Source: Chitinophaga pinensis (GTDB lineage: Bacteria > Bacteroidota > Bacteroidia > UBA4408). Taken from it: a stretch of 64,000 nucleotides of DNA. Position numbers and translations under genes: made by a program. The DNA lies in NCBI GenBank assembly GCA_945872355.1, contig CAMBZU010000001.1, positions 16,676 through 80,675 of the forward strand, written 5' to 3'. Of this stretch, positions 61,589 through 64,000 are shown one piece after another (the stretch's first letter is position 1; every line of letters begins with the position of its first letter). The notes under the pieces were generated by a model, which searched no databases, had not been told where the DNA came from, and saw nothing but the letters and a program-made list of their open reading frames with translations.

Positions 61589-63349
61589 ATGCATTCAAAT
61601 ATAATTGATAAACCAAGAAAAGAAGGCGCCGATGATTTACTTGGCGTAGATAAATATACAGATGCCTTAATACAATTTATTGAGTCGTGCCAAATGCCTA
61701 CAACATTGGCTATTCAAGGGGAATGGGGAAGTGGAAAAACTTCTTTGTTAAATCAAATTCGCCACAGGCTTTGTGAATCAGTTTTAAATTCAAATGAAAT
61801 TAATAACCAAAAACCTTATTATGGTATTTGGGTAAATACTTGGCAATATTCTTTAATGAAAAGTAAAGATGAGGCCCTGATTGCAATTATTGGTGGACTT
61901 ACCAATGAAATATTAAACATCATAAAAAGCAAACACGAAACCAAAGCAACTGCAACAATAAATAAAGTAAAAGGTTTATTTGGTAAACTTGCAAAGGCAG
62001 GTGCAAAAGCTGCTATCAGTACAGTTGGGATTGAATCAGATATTGTTGATTCACTAACTGAAAGTGATGAAGGTGAAGTAAGTTTGATGCAATTTAAAAA
62101 AGCATTACAAGATGCCATTGAACAATGCTTAACGGAGGATAGAAAATCAGGAAATAATAATCGTGGTTTTATTTTTTTTATTGATGATTTAGATAGAATT
62201 GATCCGCCGGTTGCGGTTGAAATATTAGAATTAATAAAAAATATTTTTGAAGTTGAAAACTGCATTTTTATTTTGGCAATCGATTACGAAGTTGTTGTAA
62301 AAGGGTTGGTACCAAAATTTGGCCCACTTACAGAAAAGAATGAAAGAGAATTCCGTTCTTTTTTTGATAAAATAATTCAGTTACCTTTTTCAATGCCTAT
62401 TGCAAATTATGATGTTGCAAAATTCCTTATTCACTCATTAAAAGATATAGGATATATTGATGATAGATTTGAAAAAGACGAATCCCTTAAAGAAAAATTA
62501 ACTGATTTAACCTTATTATCCGTTGGTACTAATCCAAGATCATTAAAACGACTTATAAATACATTATCACTTTTAAATATCATTGGAAAAATTGAAGAAG
62601 ATGCTGAAAAACAAATTCATGAATTATTTATTAATTATGCATTAGTCTGCATACAGATTGCATATCCAAAAATATATGAATTATTAACGCAGGAACCTTC
62701 CTATAGAGAATGGACGGAGCAAACAGCAAAAAAATTAAGGTTACCCGAGTTAAATGAATCTCAATTAGTAGTTTTAAATAGCACCAATGAATTTGATGAA
62801 GAATGGGAAAAAGTGCTATTCAGAAAATGCCAACAAGATCCTTATATGGCATCTAGAGCATTTCAAATTTCGCAACTATTAAATTATATTATAGAATTGG
62901 TTCCGGAAAACTTAAATTTTACAGAAGAAATAACACGCATCATAGGATTTAGCTCAGTAACAAGTGTTAATCTTGATCCTACTCCAAAGACAATAATAAA
63001 AGGGAATAAAGTTAGATTTGAAGGCTTTGCATCCTTAGAAGAAATGCTGAAATTAAATAAACATTCAGCAGAATATATTTCTAATCTTAAAACAATTCAC
63101 GATAAAATAAAAGATGAATTTAAAGATTTAATCCAAATTAACTACACACCAAATTTTGTAACATTTATATGTGTTTTTCCAAAAGGAAGGAGTAAAACAT
63201 TTTTATTTATCAGATTCAAAAAAAGCAATGTCATGTTTGAATTTGCTGGACAAACAATCCTAATAAATCAATCATCTGATTTTACAACTGAAGTTATGGG
63301 TAAATTAAAGTTAGCTTTTAACAATTTATCATCAAAGGAATTAAATTAG
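61589..63349 (+). CDS. KAP-family P-loop NTPase
   Basis: Walker A GEWGSGKTS in the KAP context (LGVDKYTDALIQFIES...LAIQGEWGSGKTSLLNQI), Walker B FIFFIDDLDRIDP; 586 aa. Confidence 0.75.
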   Translation: MHSNIIDKPRKEGADDLLGVDKYTDALIQFIESCQMPTTLAIQGEWGSGKTSLLNQIRHRLCESVLNSNEINNQKPYYGIWVNTWQYSLMKSKDEALIAIIGGLTNEILNIIKSKHETKATATINKVKGLFGKLAKAGAKAAISTVGIESDIVDSLTESDEGEVSLMQFKKALQDAIEQCLTEDRKSGNNNRGFIFFIDDLDRIDPPVAVEILELIKNIFEVENCIFILAIDYEVVVKGLVPKFGPLTEKNEREFRSFFDKIIQLPFSMPIANYDVAKFLIHSLKDIGYIDDRFEKDESLKEKLTDLTLLSVGTNPRSLKRLINTLSLLNIIGKIEEDAEKQIHELFINYALVCIQIAYPKIYELLTQEPSYREWTEQTAKKLRLPELNESQLVVLNSTNEFDEEWEKVLFRKCQQDPYMASRAFQISQLLNYIIELVPENLNFTEEITRIIGFSSVTSVNLDPTPKTIIKGNKVRFEGFASLEEMLKLNKHSAEYISNLKTIHDKIKDEFKDLIQINYTPNFVTFICVFPKGRSKTFLFIRFKKSNVMFEFAGQTILINQSSDFTTEVMGKLKLAFNNLSSKELN

Positions 63350-63534
63350 TAATACTGATGTTTTATAATGTTTGGATTTAAAGGAAAATATGGCTTTTCA
63401 TTTTCTTGGAAAAGATTGTTGGGAATTAGTGGGATGCGCAATAGTGTTGCAAATAAAACTGGTATACCAACAACAAGAGGCGGTGTTGAAAGGAAAATAG
63501 GCAGGCTGTTATTAAATTTAATATTTGGCAAAAA

Positions 63535-63867
63535 ATGAAAAATAATCCTGCAGAATTAAATTCTAATTTTTCTATTAAATTAATGCTATTTTATCTTTTA
63601 TCTTCTTTTTTTGGCGGCTTGTTGTTTAGCATATTATCCTATAGGTCAAGAAAGAAAGGTAACACCGGGTTTGGTTGGATTATCTTATCAATAGTATTCA
63701 TTGTTATTTTTAGCTACATATCATTTGCATTATATAAAACATCGAGTGCAAATCACGATGCGTTTTGGTATTATTTAAGTTTAAGCACAATTGTAGCAAA
63801 TAGCATTGCCCTTTTCATTTTATTAATGTCATTTTTTTTAAATAGAAGTAATGGGATTAGTTCGTGA
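63535..63867 (+). CDS. Small membrane protein (110 aa, 3 TM)
   Basis: Hydrophobic segments; no motif. Confidence 0.4.
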   Translation: MKNNPAELNSNFSIKLMLFYLLSSFFGGLLFSILSYRSRKKGNTGFGWIILSIVFIVIFSYISFALYKTSSANHDAFWYYLSLSTIVANSIALFILLMSFFLNRSNGISS

Positions 63868-64000
63868 ACTTTTTGATGAGGTCATTCCTCTGCCAAATGC
63901 GATGCAATCAAAAATCATTGGTAAAAATGAAATGAGTGCGGTATATAACCTTAGCTATGCGTTTTTAAATACTATATTTCAAATAATAGATTGCATTATA

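Overview
This window looks like chromosomal DNA from an AT-rich gliding member of the Bacteroidota. It carries gldB-gldC, cargo proteins with T9SS C-terminal sorting domains, TatC and an F1 ATP synthase beta/epsilon pair. Most of the window is housekeeping (features list). There is also a metal-homeostasis operon of a DtxR/MntR-like repressor with an Nramp-USP fusion, a probably light-regulated carotenoid locus (CarH-like MerR/B12 regulator, ECF sigma, crtI-crtB-ispH) and one tRNA-Val(TAC). Three things stand out.

- **Site-specific insertion (9249-11709).** A 2.4-kb cassette is bounded by perfect 35-bp direct repeats. The repeat duplicates the 3' end of a [2Fe-2S] ferredoxin gene, whose original C-terminus and terminator sit at the right-hand copy. 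The cargo is a beta-barrel OMP, a lipoprotein, an unknown 157-aa protein and an XRE regulator, with no integrase.
- **Accessory locus at the 3' end (about 58359-63867).** Downstream of tRNA-Val and a symporter gene lie, in order: a truncated wHTH (HTH_11/WYL-type) regulator, an HTH-containing 366-aa unknown, two tandem paralogous small unknowns, a zf-FCS/TRASH-like Cys4 mini-protein, a KAP-family P-loop NTPase and a small membrane protein. Three promoters in this locus share a 12-14-nt motif. I judge this to be a candidate uncharacterised defense or abortive-infection-type system.
- **Mosaic intergenic repeat family.** At least four copies carry a palindromic CCGATCGG core.

Other points are a stand-alone C-terminal fragment of a P-type ATPase and a candidate DtxR/MntR operator palindrome. 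No CRISPR array, rRNA, integrase or transposase was seen.
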